The translations under genes were made by a program, and so were the position numbers. From the human T2T-CHM13v2.0 reference genome, Homo sapiens, in assembly GCF_009914755.1 (NCBI RefSeq), contig NC_060941.1: 64,000 nucleotides of DNA. One strand, 5' to 3'. The notes beneath the pieces were generated by a model. It was not told where the DNA came from, searched no databases, and saw only the letters and a program-made list of their open reading frames with translations. Positions 44,101-60,314 of this stretch are shown here, piece by piece. The first letter of the stretch is position 1; the number at the start of each line of letters is the position of its first letter.

Positions 44101-47100
44101 CCATTTCATTCCATTAAATTCCATTCCACTAGGCTTGATTCAATACTATTCCATTCCATTCCATTCCATTCTACTAGGTTTGATTCAATTCCATTCCCTT
44201 CCGTTCCAATCCATTCTATTCCATTCCATTCCTGTAATTTCCTTTGCATTCCACTCGGGTTGATTCTATTCCACTCTATTCCATTCCATTCCACACCATT
44301 CCATTCTATTCCATTCCATTCCACTCCACTCGGGTTCATCCAATTCCATTCTAATCCATTCCATTCCATTCCAATCCATTCCACTCCAGTCGGGTTGACT
44401 GAATTCCATTCTATTCATTTCCATTCCATTCCATTCCATTCCATTCCATTCCATTCCATTCCATTCCTTTCCGTTGCATTCCGTTCCATTCCAATCCTTT
44501 CCATTGCATTCCATTCCACTCGGGTTGACTCCATTCCATTCCATTCCATGCCATTCCAATCCATTCCATTCCACTCGGTTTGATTCTATTCCATTCAATT
44601 CCATTCCATTCCACACTATTGCATTCCATTCCATTCCATTCCACTCTACTCAGGTTCATTCAATTCCATTCTATTCCATTGCATTCCATTCCATTCCAAA
44701 TCATTCCACTCCATTCGGTTTCACTCAATTCCATTCTATTCATTTCCATTCCATTCCTTTCCATTGCATTCCATTCCATTCCTTTCCATTCCATTCCATT
44801 CCACTCGAATTGATTCATTTCCATTCCATTCCTTTCCATTCCACTCCACTCCATTCCATTCCTTTCCATTCCACTCCACTCCATTCCATTCCATTCCATT
44901 CCATTCCATTCCATTCCATTCCAGTTGATTCAATTCCATACTATTGTATTCTTTTCTATTCTATTTGATTCCATTCCATTCCATTCCTCTCGGATGGATT
45001 CCATTCCATTCCATTCCATTCCATTCCATTCCATTCCGTTCCATTCCATTCGTGTTGTTTCCATTCCATTCCATTCCATTCCATTCGAATTCATTCCATT
45101 CCTCTTCATGTCACTCGGATTGATTTAATTCCATTCCAACCCATTCCATTCCACTCCATTACATTCGATAACATTACATTCCAGTCAGTTTGATTCAACT
45201 CCATTCCATTCCATTCCATTCCATTCCATTCCATTCCTTTCTATTACACGGCGGTTGATTCCATTCCATTCCCTTCCATTCCATTCCACTCGAATGGATT
45301 CAATTCCATTGTGTTCCAATCCATTCCATTCCATTCCATTCCACTCGGGTTGATTCCATTCCATTCCATTCCATTCCATTCCATTCCATTCCATTCCATT
45401 CCATTCCACTAGGGTTGATTTCCTTGCATTCCATTCGAATCCATTCCATTCCATTCCATTCCATTCCATTCCATTCCAATCCATTCCACTCGGGTTGTTT
45501 CCATTCCATTTCATTCCTTTCCATTCCATTCCATTCCATTCCACTCGGGTTGATTCAATTCCATTCTATTCCAGTCCATTCCGTTTCATTCCATTCCACT
45601 CGGGTTGATTCCAGTCCATTCCATTCCATTCCATTCCATTCGATTTCAGTTGATTCTATTCATTTCTATTCGATTCAATGCCATTCCATTCCATTCCATT
45701 ACATTCCAGTTGAATCCGTTATATTCCATTCCATTCCATTCCACTTGGGTTCATTCCATTCTGTTGTATTCCATTCCATTCCATTCTATTCCATACCATT
45801 CCATTCCATTGCATTCCACTCGGGTTGATTCTATTCCATTCTGTTCCATTACATTGCATTCCACTCCGTTCCATTCCATTGCATTCCACTCGGGTTGATT
45901 CAATTCCATTCTATTCCATTCCATTCCATTCGTTTCCACGTGAGTTGATACAATTCCATTCTATTCCTTTCCTTTCAATTCCATTCCATTCCGTTCCACT
46001 CTGGTTGATTCCATTCCATTCCATGCCATTCTATTCCACTCGGTTTGACTCCTTTCCATTCCATTCCCTTCCATTTCAATCCATTGCTTTCCTTTCCATT
46101 CCAATTAATACAATTCCATTCTATTCGATTCCATTCCATTCCATTCCATTCCATTCCATTCCATTCCATTCCAGTTGATTCCATTCCATTCCTTTCGATT
46201 CCATTCCATTCCATTCCATTGCATTCCATTCCATTCCATTGCACTCGGGTTGATTCCATTCCATTCCAGTCCATTCCACTCCACTCGGATGGATTCCATT
46301 CCATTCCATTCCATTCCATTCCATTCCATTCCACCCGGGTTGATTCCATTCCATTCCATTCCATTCCATTCCATTCCATTCCATTCCATTCCATTCCACT
46401 AGGGTGGATTCCATTGCATTCCATTCCTATCCATTCCATTCCTTTCCATTCCATTCCACTGGGGTTGATTCCACTCCATTTCATTCCTTTCCATTTCATT
46501 CCATTCCATTACTCTCGGGTTGATTCAATTCCGTTCTGTTCCATGCCATTCCATTCCATTCCTTTGTATTCCATTCCATTACATTCCATTATGGTTAATT
46601 CAAATCCATTCTATTCCATTGCTTTCCATTCCATTCCATTCCACTCGTGCTGATTCAATTCCATTCTATTCCATTCTATTCCATTCCATTCCATTCCATT
46701 CCATTCCATTCCATTCCACTCGGGTTCACTCCATTCCATTCCATTCCATTCCACTCCATTCCATTCCAGTTGATTCAATTCCATTCTATTACATGTCATT
46801 CCATTCTATTCCATTACTTTCCATTACATTCCATTCCATTCTATTCCAGATTATTCAATTCCATACTATTCCATTCCATTCCATTCCATTCCAGTCCATT
46901 CCATTCCATTTCATTCCATTGCATTGGAGTTTCTTCCATTCCATTCTATTCCATTCCATTGAATTCCATTCCGTTCCATTCCATTCCACTCGCTTTGTTT
47001 CCATTCCATTCCATCCCACTCCCTTCCATTCCATTCTATTCGATTCCATTCCATTCCATTCGATTCCATTCCATTCCAGTACATTACATTCCAGTTGATT

Positions 47101-50100
47101 CAATTCCATTCTGTTCCATTCGGATCCATTCCATTCCATTCCGTTCAATTCCATTCCATTGCATTCCAGTTGATTCAATTCCATTCTATTCCATTCCGTT
47201 CCATTCCATACAATTCCATTCCATTCCATTCCAATTGATTCCATTCCATTCCCTTCCAATCCGTTGCATTCCATTCCATTCCATTCCACTCGGATTGATA
47301 CAATTCCATTCTATTCCATTCCATTCCATTTAATTCCATTCCATTCCATTCCATTTAATTCCATTCCATTCCATTCCATTGCTTTCCATTCCACTTGGGT
47401 TGAATTCATTCCACTGCATTCCATTCCATTCCATTCCACTACATTCCATTCCTTTCCTTTGATTGGCATTGCATTCCATTGCATTCCATTCCATTCCATT
47501 CCATTCTACTCGGGTTGATTCAATTCCATTCTATTGCTTTCCATTCCATTCCAATCCGTTCCATTCCATTGCAGTTGATTGAATTCTATTCTAATTCATT
47601 GCTTTCCATTCAATTCCATTCCATCCCAGTTGATTTAATTCCATTGTATTCCATTCTATTCCATTCCATTGCATTCCATTCCATTCCAGTTGATTCAATT
47701 CCATTCTATTCCATTGCATTCCATTTCGTTCCATTTCATTCCATTCCATTCCACTCGGGTTGATTCAGTTCGATTCCATTGCATTAAATTCCATTCCACT
47801 TGGGTTGATTCAATTCCATTCTATTCCGTTTCATCGCACTCCATTCCATTCCATTCCATTCCATTCCATTCCATTCCATTCCATTGCATTACAGTTGATT
47901 CCATTCCTTTCCATACCATTCTATTCCATTCAATTCCATTCGAGTCCGGTTGATTCAATTCCATTCTATTCCACTCCATTCTATTCCATTTCATTCCATT
48001 AAATTCCCTTCCACTAGGCTTGATTCAATTCTATTCCATTCCATTCCACTAGGTTTGATTCAATTCCATTCCCTTCCGTTCCAATCCATTCCATTCCATT
48101 CCACTCCTTTAATTTCCTTTGCATTCCACTCGGGTTGATTCTATTCCATTCTATTCCATTCCATTCCACACCATTCCATTCTATTCCATTCCATTCCACT
48201 CCACTCGGGTTCATCCAATTCCATGCTAATCCATTCCATTCCATTACATTCCATTCCAATCCATTCCACTCCAGTCAGGTTGACTGAATTCCATTCTATT
48301 CATTTCCATTCCATTCCATTACATTCCATTCCTTTCCGTTGCATTCCATTCCATTCCAATCCTTTCCATTCCTTTCCATTGCGTTCCATTCCCCTCGGGT
48401 TGATTCCATTCCATTCCATTCTATTCCATTCAATTCCATTCCAGTTGATTCAATTCCTTTCTATTCCACTCCATTCTATTCCATTTCATTCCATTAAATT
48501 CCATTCCACTAGGCTTGATTCAATTCTATTCCATTCCATTCCATTCCATTCCATTCCATTCCATTCCATTCCATTCCAGTAGGTTTGATTCAATTCCATT
48601 CCCTTCCCTTCCAATCCATTCCATTCCATTCCATTCCTTTAATTTCCTTTGCATTCCACTCGGGTTGATTCTATTCCATTCTATTCCATTCCATTTAACA
48701 CCATTCCATTCTATTCCATTCCATGCCACTCCACTCGGATTCATCCAATTCCATTCTAATCCATTCCATTCCATTCCAATCCATTCCAATCCAGTCGGGT
48801 TGACTGAATTCCATTCTATTCATTTCCATTCCATTCCATTCCATTCCATTCCATTCCACTCGGGTTGATTCCAGTCCATTCCATTCCATTCGATTTCAGT
48901 TGATTCTATTCCTTTCTATTCCATTCAATGCCATTCCATTCCATTCCATTCCATTCGAGTTGATTCCGTTATATTCCATTCCATTCCACTCGAGTTCATT
49001 CCATTCTGTTGTATTCCATTCCATTCCATTCCATTCCATTCCATTCTATTCCATACCATTCCATTCCATTGCATTCCACTCAGGTTGATTCTATTCCATT
49101 CTGTTGCATTCCATTCCATTGCATTCCACTCGGGTTGATTCAATTCCATTCTATTCCATTCCATTCCATTCCTTCCACGCGAGTTGATACAATTCCATTC
49201 TATTCCTTTCCTTTCAATTCCATTCCATTCCATTCCACTCTGGTTGATTCCATTCTATTCCATGCCATTCTATTCCACTCGGTTTGATTCCTTTCCATTC
49301 CATTCCCTTCCATTTCATTCCATTGTTTTCCTTTCCATTCCAAGTGATACAATTCCATTCTATTCGATTCCATTCCATTCCATTCCATTCCAGTTGATTC
49401 CATTCCATTCCTTTCGATTCCATTCCATTTCATTCTATTCCATTCCACTCGTGTTGATTCCATTCTATTCCATTCCATTCCATTCTATTCCATTCCATTC
49501 CATTCCATTCCATTCCATTCCATTCCATTCCAGTCGTGTTGATTCCATTCCATTCCAGTCCATTCCATTCCACTCGGATGGATTCCATCCCATTCCATTC
49601 CATTCCATTCCATTCCATTCCATTCCATTCCACTCGTGTTGATTCCATTCCATTCCATTCCATTCCATTCCATTCCACTGGAGTTGATTCCATTCCATTG
49701 CATTCCTTTCCACTTCATTCCATTCCATTACTCTAAGGTTGAGTCAATTCCGTTCTTTTCCATGCCATTCCATTCCATTCCATTCCATTCCATTCCATTC
49801 CATTCCATCAGGGTTAATTCATATCCATTCTATTCCATTCCTTTCCATTCCATTCCATTCCACTCGTGCTGATTCAATTCCATTCTATTCCATTCCATTC
49901 CATTCCATTCCTCTCGGATTCACTCCATTCCATTCCCTTCCATTCCATTCCATTCCATTCCAGTTGATTCAATTCCATTCTATTACATGTCATTCCATTC
50001 TATTCCATTCCATTCCATTCCATTCCATTCCATTCCATTCCATTCCTTTCCACTTCGGTTGAATTCATTCCACTCCATTCCAATCCATTCCATTCCATTC

Positions 50101-50698
50101 CATTCCATTCCATTCCATTCTACTCGGGTTGATTCAATTCCATTCTATTGCTTTCCATTCCATTCCAATCCATTCCATTCCATTGCAGTTGATTGAATTC
50201 TATTCTAATTCATTGCTTTCCATTCCATTCCATTCCATCCCAGTTGATTTAATTCCATTCTATTCCGTTCCGTTCTATTCCAGTTGATTCAATTCCATTC
50301 TATTCCATTCCATTCCATTTCGTTCCATTTCATTCCATTCCATTCCACTCGGGTTGATTCAGTTCTATTCCATTCCATTAAATTCCATTCCAATAGGGTT
50401 GATTCAATTCCATTCTATTCCATTCCATCGCACTCCTTTCCATTCCATTCTATTCCATTCCATTCAGTTCCATTCCATTCCATTCCATTGCATTCCAGTT
50501 GATTCCATTCCATTCCATTCCATTCTATTCCATTCAATTCGATTCGAGGCCAGTTGATTCAACTTCATTCTATTCCACTCCATTCTATACCATTTCATTC
50601 CATTAAATTCCATTCCACTAGGCTTGATTCAATTATATTCCATTCCATTCCATTCCATTCCATTCCATTCCATTCCATTCCATTCCATTCCATTCCAT
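41108..50698 (+). repeat. Macro-repeat copy 2 (~9.59 kb)
   Basis: Marker spacing as above; includes the extra block at ~48540-50030. Confidence 0.92.
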
Positions 50699-53600
50699 TC
50701 GGGTTGATTCCATTGCATTCCATTCCATTCCATTCCATTCCATTCCATTCCATTCCACTAGGGTGGATTCCATTGCACTCCATTCCAATCCATTCCATTG
50801 CTTTTCTTCCATTCCACTGGGGTTGATTCCATTCCATTTCATTCCTTTCTATTTCATTCCATTCCATTACTCTGGGGTTGATTCAATTCCGTTCTATTCC
50901 ATGCCATTCCATTCCATTCCATTGCATTCCATTCCATTCCATTCCATTAGGGTTAATTCAAATCCATTCTATTCCATTCCTTTCCATTCCATTCCATTCC
51001 ACTCGTGTTGATTCAATTCCATTCTATTCCATTCCATTCCATTCCATTCCATTCCATTGCATTCCATTCCATTCCAGTTGATTGAATTCCATTCTATTAC
51101 ATGTCATTCCATTCTATTCCATTACTTTCCATTCCATTCCAATCCATTCTATTCCAGATTATTCAATTCCATACTATTCCATTCCTGTACATTCCATTCC
51201 AGTCCATTCCATTCCATTTCATTCCATTGCATTCGAGTTTCTTCCATTAAATTCCATTCCATTCCATTGAATTCCATTCTGTTCCATTCCATTCCACTCG
51301 CTTTGTTTCCATTCCATTCCATTCCATTCCAGTTGATTCAATTCCATTCTGTTCCATTCGGATCCATTCCATTCCATACAATTCCATTACATTCCATTCA
51401 AATTGATTCCATTACATTCCCTTCCAATCCATTGCATTCCATTCCATTCCATTACATTCCACTCCACTCGGATTGATTCAATTCCATTCTATTCCATTCC
51501 ATTCCATTCCATTTAATTCCTTTCGATTCCATTGCATTCCATTCCACTTGGGTTGAATTCATTCCACTCCATTCCATTCCATTCCATTCCATTACATTCC
51601 GTTCCGTTCCTTTGATTGGCGTTGCATTCCACTGCATTCCATTCCATTCCATTCCATTCCATTCTACTCGGGTTGACTTAATTCCATTCTATTGCTTTCC
51701 ATTCCATTCCAATCCGTTCCATTCCATTGCAGTTGATTGAATTCTATTGTAATTCATTCCTTTCCATTCCATTCCATTCCATCCCAGTTGATTTAATTCC
51801 ATTCTATTCCATTCCATTGCATTCCATTCCATTCCAGTTGATTCAATTCCATTCTATTCCATTCCATTCCATTTCGTTCCATTTCATTGCATTCCATTCC
51901 ACTCGATTTGATTCAGTTCTATTCCATTCCATTAAATTCCATTCCACTAGGGTTGATTCATTTCCATTCTATTCCATTCCATCGCAATCCATTCCATTCC
52001 ATTAAATTCCATTCCACTAGGGTTGATTCATTTCCATTCTATTCCATTCCATCGCACTCCATTCCATTCCATTCTATTCCATTCCATTCCGTTCCATTCC
52101 ATTCCATTCCACTGCATTCCAGTTGATTCCATTCCATTCCATTCCATTCTTTCTATTCCATTCAATTCTATTCGAGTCCAGTTGATTCAATTTCATTCTA
52201 TTCCTCTCCATTCTATACCATTTCATTCCATTCCACTAGGCTTGATTCAATTCTGTTCCATTCCATTCTATTCCATTCCATTCCATTCCATTCCATTCCA
52301 TTCCATTCCACTAGGTTTGATTCAATTCCATTCCCTTCCGTTCCAATCCATTCCATTCCATTCTATTCCTTTAAATTCCTTTGCTTTCTACTCGGGTTAA
52401 TTCTATTCCATTCTTTTCCATTGCATTCCATACCATTCCATTCCATTCCACTCCACTCGGGTTCATCCAATTCCATTCCATTCCATTCCATTCCATTCCA
52501 TTCCATTCCATTCCAATCCATTCCACTCCAGTCGGGTTGACTCAATTCCATTCTATTCATTACCATTCCATTCCATTCCATTCCTTTCCATTGCATTCCA
52601 TTCCATTCCATTCCATTCCATTCCATTCCTTTCCATTCCATTACATTGCATTCCATTCCACTCGGGTTGATTCCATTCCATTCCATTCCATTCCATTCCA
52701 ATCCATTCCCTTCCATTGCATTCCATTTGATTCCATTCCATTCCATTCCATTCCATTCCATTCCATTCCATTCCAATCCATTGCCCTCCATTCCATTGCA
52801 TTCCACTCTCCTTGATTCAATTGTATTCCATTCCATTCCATTCCATTCCACTACATTCCATTCCATTACACTCGGTTTGATTCCATTCCATTCCATTCCA
52901 TTCCATTCCATTCCATTCCATTCCATTCCTTTCCAGTTGATTCAATTCCATTCTATTCCATTCTTTTTCATTCCATTCCTTTCCATTCCATTCCAATCCA
53001 GTTCATTCCATTCCATTCCATTCCAATCCATTCCAGTTTATTCCATTCCATTCCATTCCCTTCGATTCGATTCCATTCCATTCCATTGCATACCATTCCA
53101 TTCCACTCAGATTGATCGAATTCCAATCTATTTCATTCCATTCCATTCCATTCCACTCGGGTTGATTCCATTCCATTCCATTCCTTACAATTCAAATCCA
53201 TTCCGTTCCATTTGATTCAATTCCATTCTATTCCATTTCACTCGATTCCATTCCATTCCATTCCAATCCATTCCATTCCTTTCCACTCTGTTTGATTCCA
53301 TTCCATTCCTTGCCATTCGCTTCCATTCCATCCCATTCCACTCTGGATGATTCCATTCTATTCCATTCCATTCCATTCAGTTCCACTCCATTCGATTCCA
53401 CTCGTGTTGATTCCATTCCATTCCATTCCATTACATTCCATCCATTCCAGTTGATTCAATTCAATTCTATTCCATTCCATTCCATTTCTTTCCATTTCAT
53501 TCCATTCCATTCCACTCGGGTTGATTCAGTTCTATTCCATTCCATTAAATTCTATTCCGTTCCATCGCACTCCATTCCATTACCTTCTATTCCATTCCAA

Positions 53601-56600
53601 TCCATTCCATTCCATTCCATTGCATTACAGTTGATTCCATTCCATTCCATTCCATTCTATTCCATTCAATTCCATTCGAGTCCAGTTGATTCAATTCCAT
53701 TCTATTCCACTACATTGTATTCCATTTCATTCCATTAAATTCCATTCCACTAGGCTTGATTCAATACTATTCCATTCCATTCCATTCCATTCTACTAGGT
53801 TTGATTCAATTCCATTCCCTTCCGTTCCAATCCATTCTATTCCATTCCATTCCTGTAATTTCCTTTGCATTCCACTCGGGTTGATTCTATTCCACTCTAT
53901 TCCATTCCATTCCACACCATTCCATTCTATTCCATTCCATTCCACTCCACTCGGGTTCATCCAATTCCATTCTAATCCATTCCATTCCATTCCAATCCAT
54001 TCCACTCCAGTCGGGTTGACTGAATTCCATTCTATTCATTTCCATTCCATTCCATTCCATTCCATTCCATTCCATTCCATTCCATTCCTTTCCGTTGCAT
54101 TCCGTTCCATTCCAATCCTTTCCATTGCATTCCATTCCACTCGGGTTGACTCCATTCCATTCCATTCCATGCCATTCCAATCCATTCCATTCCACTCGGT
54201 TTGATTCTATTCCATTCAATTCCATTCCATTCCACACTATTGCATTCCATTCCATTCCATTCCACTCTACTCAGGTTCATTCAATTCCATTCTATTCCAT
54301 TGCATTCCATTCCATTCCAAATCATTCCACTCCATTCGGTTTCACTCAATTCCATTCTATTCATTTCCATTCCATTCCTTTCCATTGCATTCCATTCCAT
54401 TCCTTTCCATTCCATTCCATTCCACTCGAATTGATTCATTTCCATTCCATTCCTTTCCATTCCACTCCACTCCATTCCATTCCTTTCCATTCCACTCCAC
54501 TCCATTCCATTCCATTCCATTCCATTCCATTCCATTCCAGTTGATTCAATTCCATACTATTGTATTCTTTTCTATTCTATTTGATTCCATTCCATTCCAT
54601 TCCTCTCGGATGGATTCCATTCCATTCCATTCCATTCCATTCCATTCCATTCCGTTCCATTCCATTCGTGTTGTTTCCATTCCATTCCATTCCATTCCAT
54701 TCGAATTCATTCCATTCCTCTTCATGTCACTCGGATTGATTTAATTCCATTCCAACCCATTCCATTCCACTCCATTACATTCGATAACATTACATTCCAG
54801 TCAGTTTGATTCAACTCCATTCCATTCCATTCCATTCCATTCCATTCCATTCCTTTCTATTACACGGCGGTTGATTCCATTCCATTCCCTTCCATTCCAT
54901 TCCACTCGAATGGATTCAATTCCATTGTGTTCCAATCCATTCCATTCCATTCCATTCCACTCGGGTTGATTCCATTCCATTCCATTCCATTCCATTCCAT
55001 TCCATTCCATTCCATTCCATTCCACTAGGGTTGATTTCCTTGCATTCCATTCGAATCCATTCCATTCCATTCCATTCCATTCCATTCCATTCCAATCCAT
55101 TCCACTCGGGTTGTTTCCATTCCATTTCATTCCTTTCCATTCCATTCCATTCCATTCCACTCGGGTTGATTCAATTCCATTCTATTCCAGTCCATTCCGT
55201 TTCATTCCATTCCACTCGGGTTGATTCCAGTCCATTCCATTCCATTCCATTCCATTCGATTTCAGTTGATTCTATTCATTTCTATTCGATTCAATGCCAT
55301 TCCATTCCATTCCATTACATTCCAGTTGAATCCGTTATATTCCATTCCATTCCATTCCACTTGGGTTCATTCCATTCTGTTGTATTCCATTCCATTCCAT
55401 TCTATTCCATACCATTCCATTCCATTGCATTCCACTCGGGTTGATTCTATTCCATTCTGTTCCATTACATTGCATTCCACTCCGTTCCATTCCATTGCAT
55501 TCCACTCGGGTTGATTCAATTCCATTCTATTCCATTCCATTCCATTCGTTTCCACGTGAGTTGATACAATTCCATTCTATTCCTTTCCTTTCAATTCCAT
55601 TCCATTCCGTTCCACTCTGGTTGATTCCATTCCATTCCATGCCATTCTATTCCACTCGGTTTGACTCCTTTCCATTCCATTCCCTTCCATTTCAATCCAT
55701 TGCTTTCCTTTCCATTCCAATTAATACAATTCCATTCTATTCGATTCCATTCCATTCCATTCCATTCCATTCCATTCCATTCCATTCCATTCCATTCCAG
55801 TTGATTCCATTCCATTCCTTTCGATTCCATTCCATTCCATTCCATTGCATTCCATTCCATTCCATTGCACTCGGGTTGATTCCATTCCATTCCAGTCCAT
55901 TCCACTCCACTCGGATGGATTCCATTCCATTCCATTCCATTCCATTCCATTCCATTCCACCCGGGTTGATTCCATTCCATTCCATTCCATTCCATTCCAT
56001 TCCATTCCATTCCATTCCATTCCACTAGGGTGGATTCCATTGCATTCCATTCCTATCCATTCCATTCCTTTCCATTCCATTCCACTGGGGTTGATTCCAC
56101 TCCATTTCATTCCTTTCCATTTCATTCCATTCCATTACTCTCGGGTTGATTCAATTCCGTTCTGTTCCATGCCATTCCATTCCATTCCTTTGTATTCCAT
56201 TCCATTACATTCCATTATGGTTAATTCAAATCCATTCTATTCCATTGCTTTCCATTCCATTCCATTCCACTCGTGCTGATTCAATTCCATTCTATTCCAT
56301 TCTATTCCATTCCATTCCATTCCATTCCATTCCATTCCATTCCACTCGGGTTCACTCCATTCCATTCCATTCCATTCCATTCCATTCCATTCCATTCCAG
56401 TTGATTCAATTCCATTCTATTACATGTCATTCCATTCTATTCCATTACTTTCCATTACATTCCATTCCATTCTATTCCAGATTATTCAATTCCATACTAT
56501 TCCATTCCATTCCATTCCATTCCAGTCCATTCCATTCCATTTCATTCCATTGCATTGGAGTTTCTTCCATTCCATTCTATTCCATTCCATTGAATTCCAT

Positions 56601-59600
56601 TCCGTTCCATTCCATTCCACTCGCTTTGTTTCCATTCCATTCCATCCCACTCCCTTCCATTCCATTCTATTCGATTCCATTCCATTCCATTCGATTCCAT
56701 TCCATTCCAGTACATTACATTCCAGTTGATTCAATTCCATTCTGTTCCATTCGGATCCATTCCATTCCATTCCGTTCAATTCCATTCCATTGCATTCCAG
56801 TTGATTCAATTCCATTCTATTCCATTCCGTTCCATTCCATACAATTCCATTCCATTCCATTCCAATTGATTCCATTCCATTCCCTTCCAATCCGTTGCAT
56901 TCCATTCCATTCCATTCCACTCGGATTGATACAATTCCATTCTATTCCATTCCATTCCATTTAATTCCATTCCATTCCATTCCATTTAATTCCATTCCAT
57001 TCCATTCCATTGCTTTCCATTCCACTTGGGTTGAATTCATTCCACTGCATTCCATTCCATTCCATTCCACTACATTCCATTCCTTTCCTTTGATTGGCAT
57101 TGCATTCCATTGCATTCCATTCCATTCCATTCCATTCTACTCGGGTTGATTCAATTCCATTCTATTGCTTTCCATTCCATTCCAATCCGTTCCATTCCAT
57201 TGCAGTTGATTGAATTCTATTCTAATTCATTGCTTTCCATTCAATTCCATTCCATCCCAGTTGATTTAATTCCATTGTATTCCATTCTATTCCATTCCAT
57301 TGCATTCCATTCCATTCCAGTTGATTCAATTCCATTCTATTCCATTGCATTCCATTTCGTTCCATTTCATTCCATTCCATTCCACTCGGGTTGATTCAGT
57401 TCGATTCCATTGCATTAAATTCCATTCCACTTGGGTTGATTCAATTCCATTCTATTCCGTTTCATCGCACTCCATTCCATTCCATTCCATTCCATTCCAT
57501 TCCATTCCATTCCATTGCATTACAGTTGATTCCATTCCTTTCCATTCCATTCTATTCCATTCAATTCCATTCGAGTCCGGTTGATTCAATTCCATTCTAT
57601 TCCACTCCATTCTATTCCATTTCATTCCATTAAATTCCCTTCCACTAGGCTTGATTCAATTCTATTCCATTCCATTCCACTAGGTTTGATTCAATTCCAT
57701 TCCCTTCCGTTCCAATCCATTCCATTCCATTCCACTCCTTTAATTTCCTTTGCATTCCACTCGGGTTGATTCTATTCCATTCTATTCCATTCCATTCCAC
57801 ACCATTCCATTCTATTCCATTCCATTCCACTCCACTCGGGTTCATCCAATTCCATGCTAATCCATTCCATTCCATTACATTCCATTCCAATCCATTTCAC
57901 TCCAGTCAGGTTGACTGAATTCCATTCTATTCATTTCCATTCCATTCCATTACATTCCATTCCTTTCCGTTGCATTCCATTCCATTCCAATCCTTTCCAT
58001 TCCTTTCCATTGCGTTCCATTCCCCTCGGGTTGATTCCATTCCATTCCATTCTATTCCATTCAATTCCATTCCAGTTGATTCAATTCCTTTCTATTCCAC
58101 TCCATTCTATTCCATTTCATTCCATTAAATTCCATTCCACTAGGCTTGATTCAATTCTATTCCATTCCATTCCATTCCATTCCATTCCATTCCATTCCAT
58201 TCCATTCCAGTAGGTTTGATTCAATTCCATTCCCTTCCCTTCCAATCCATTCCATTCCATTCCATTCCTTTAATTTCCTTTGCATTCCACTCGGGTTGAT
58301 TCTATTCCATTCTATTCCATTCCATTTAACACCATTCCATTCTATTCCATTCCATGCCACTCCACTCGGATTCATCCAATTCCATTCTAATCCATTCCAT
58401 TCCATTCCAATCCATTCCAATCCAGTCGGGTTGACTGAATTCCATTCTATTCATTTCCATTCCATTCCATTCCATTCCATTCCATTCCACTCGGGTTGAT
58501 TCCAGTCCATTCCATTCCATTCGATTTCAGTTGATTCTATTCCTTTCTATTCCATTCAATGCCATTCCATTCCATTCCATTCCATTCGAGTTGATTCCGT
58601 TATATTCCATTCCATTCCACTCGAGTTCATTCCATTCTGTTGTATTCCATTCCATTCCATTCCATTCCATTCCATTCTATTCCATACCATTCCATTCCAT
58701 TGCATTCCACTCAGGTTGATTCTATTCCATTCTGTTGCATTCCATTCCATTGCATTCCACTCGGGTTGATTCAATTCCATTCTATTCCATTCCATTCCAT
58801 TCCTTCCACGCGAGTTGATACAATTCCATTCTATTCCTTTCCTTTCAATTCCATTCCATTCCATTCCACTCTGGTTGATTCCATTCTATTCCATGCCATT
58901 CTATTCCACTCGGTTTGATTCCTTTCCATTCCATTCCCTTCCATTTCATTCCATTGTTTTCCTTTCCATTCCAAGTGATACAATTCCATTCTATTCGATT
59001 CCATTCCATTCCATTCCATTCCAGTTGATTCCATTCCATTCCTTTCGATTCCATTCCATTTCATTCTATTCCATTCCACTCGTGTTGATTCCATTCTATT
59101 CCATTCCATTCCATTCCATTCCATTCCATTCCATTCCATTCCATTCCAGTCGTGTTGATTCCATTCCATTCCAGTCCATTCCATTCCACTCGGATGGATT
59201 CCATCCCATTCCATTCCATTCCATTCCATTCCATTCCATTCCATTCCACTCGTGTTGATTCCATTCCATTCCATTCCATTCCATTCCATTCCATTCCACT
59301 GGAGTTGATTCCATTCCATTGCATTCCTTTCCACTTCATTCCATTCCATTACTCTAAGGTTGAGTCAATTCCGTTCTTTTCCATGCCATTCCATTCCATT
59401 CCATTCCATTCCATTCCATTCCATTCCATCAGGGTTAATTCATATCCATTCTATTCCATTCCTTTCCATTCCATTCCATTCCACTCGTGCTGATTCAATT
59501 CCATTCTATTCCATTCCATTCCATTCCATTCCTCTCGGATTCACTCCATTCCATTCCCTTCCATTCCATTCCATTCCATTCCAGTTGATTCAATTCCATT

Positions 59601-60314
59601 CTATTACATGTCATTCCATTCTATTCCATTCCATTCCATTCCATTCCATTCCATTCCATTCCATTCCTTTCCACTTCGGTTGAATTCATTCCACTCCATT
59701 CCAATCCATTCCATTCCATTCCATTCCATTCCATTCCATTCTACTCGGGTTGATTCAATTCCATTCTATTGCTTTCCATTCCATTCCAATCCATTCCATT
59801 CCATTGCAGTTGATTGAATTCTATTCTAATTCATTGCTTTCCATTCCATTCCATTCCATCCCAGTTGATTTAATTCCATTCTATTCCGTTCCGTTCTATT
59901 CCAGTTGATTCAATTCCATTCTATTCCATTCCATTCCATTTCGTTCCATTTCATTCCATTCCATTCCACTCGGGTTGATTCAGTTCTATTCCATTCCATT
60001 AAATTCCATTCCAATAGGGTTGATTCAATTCCATTCTATTCCATTCCATCGCACTCCTTTCCATTCCATTCTATTCCATTCCATTCAGTTCCATTCCATT
60101 CCATTCCATTGCATTCCAGTTGATTCCATTCCATTCCATTCCATTCTATTCCATTCAATTCGATTCGAGGCCAGTTGATTCAACTTCATTCTATTCCACT
60201 CCATTCTATACCATTTCATTCCATTAAATTCCATTCCACTAGGCTTGATTCAATTATATTCCATTCCATTCCATTCCATTCCATTCCATTCCATTCCATT
60301 CCATTCCATTCCAT
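50699..60314 (+). repeat. Macro-repeat copy 3 (~9.62 kb)
   Basis: Marker spacing as above; includes the extra block at ~58170-59650. Confidence 0.92.
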
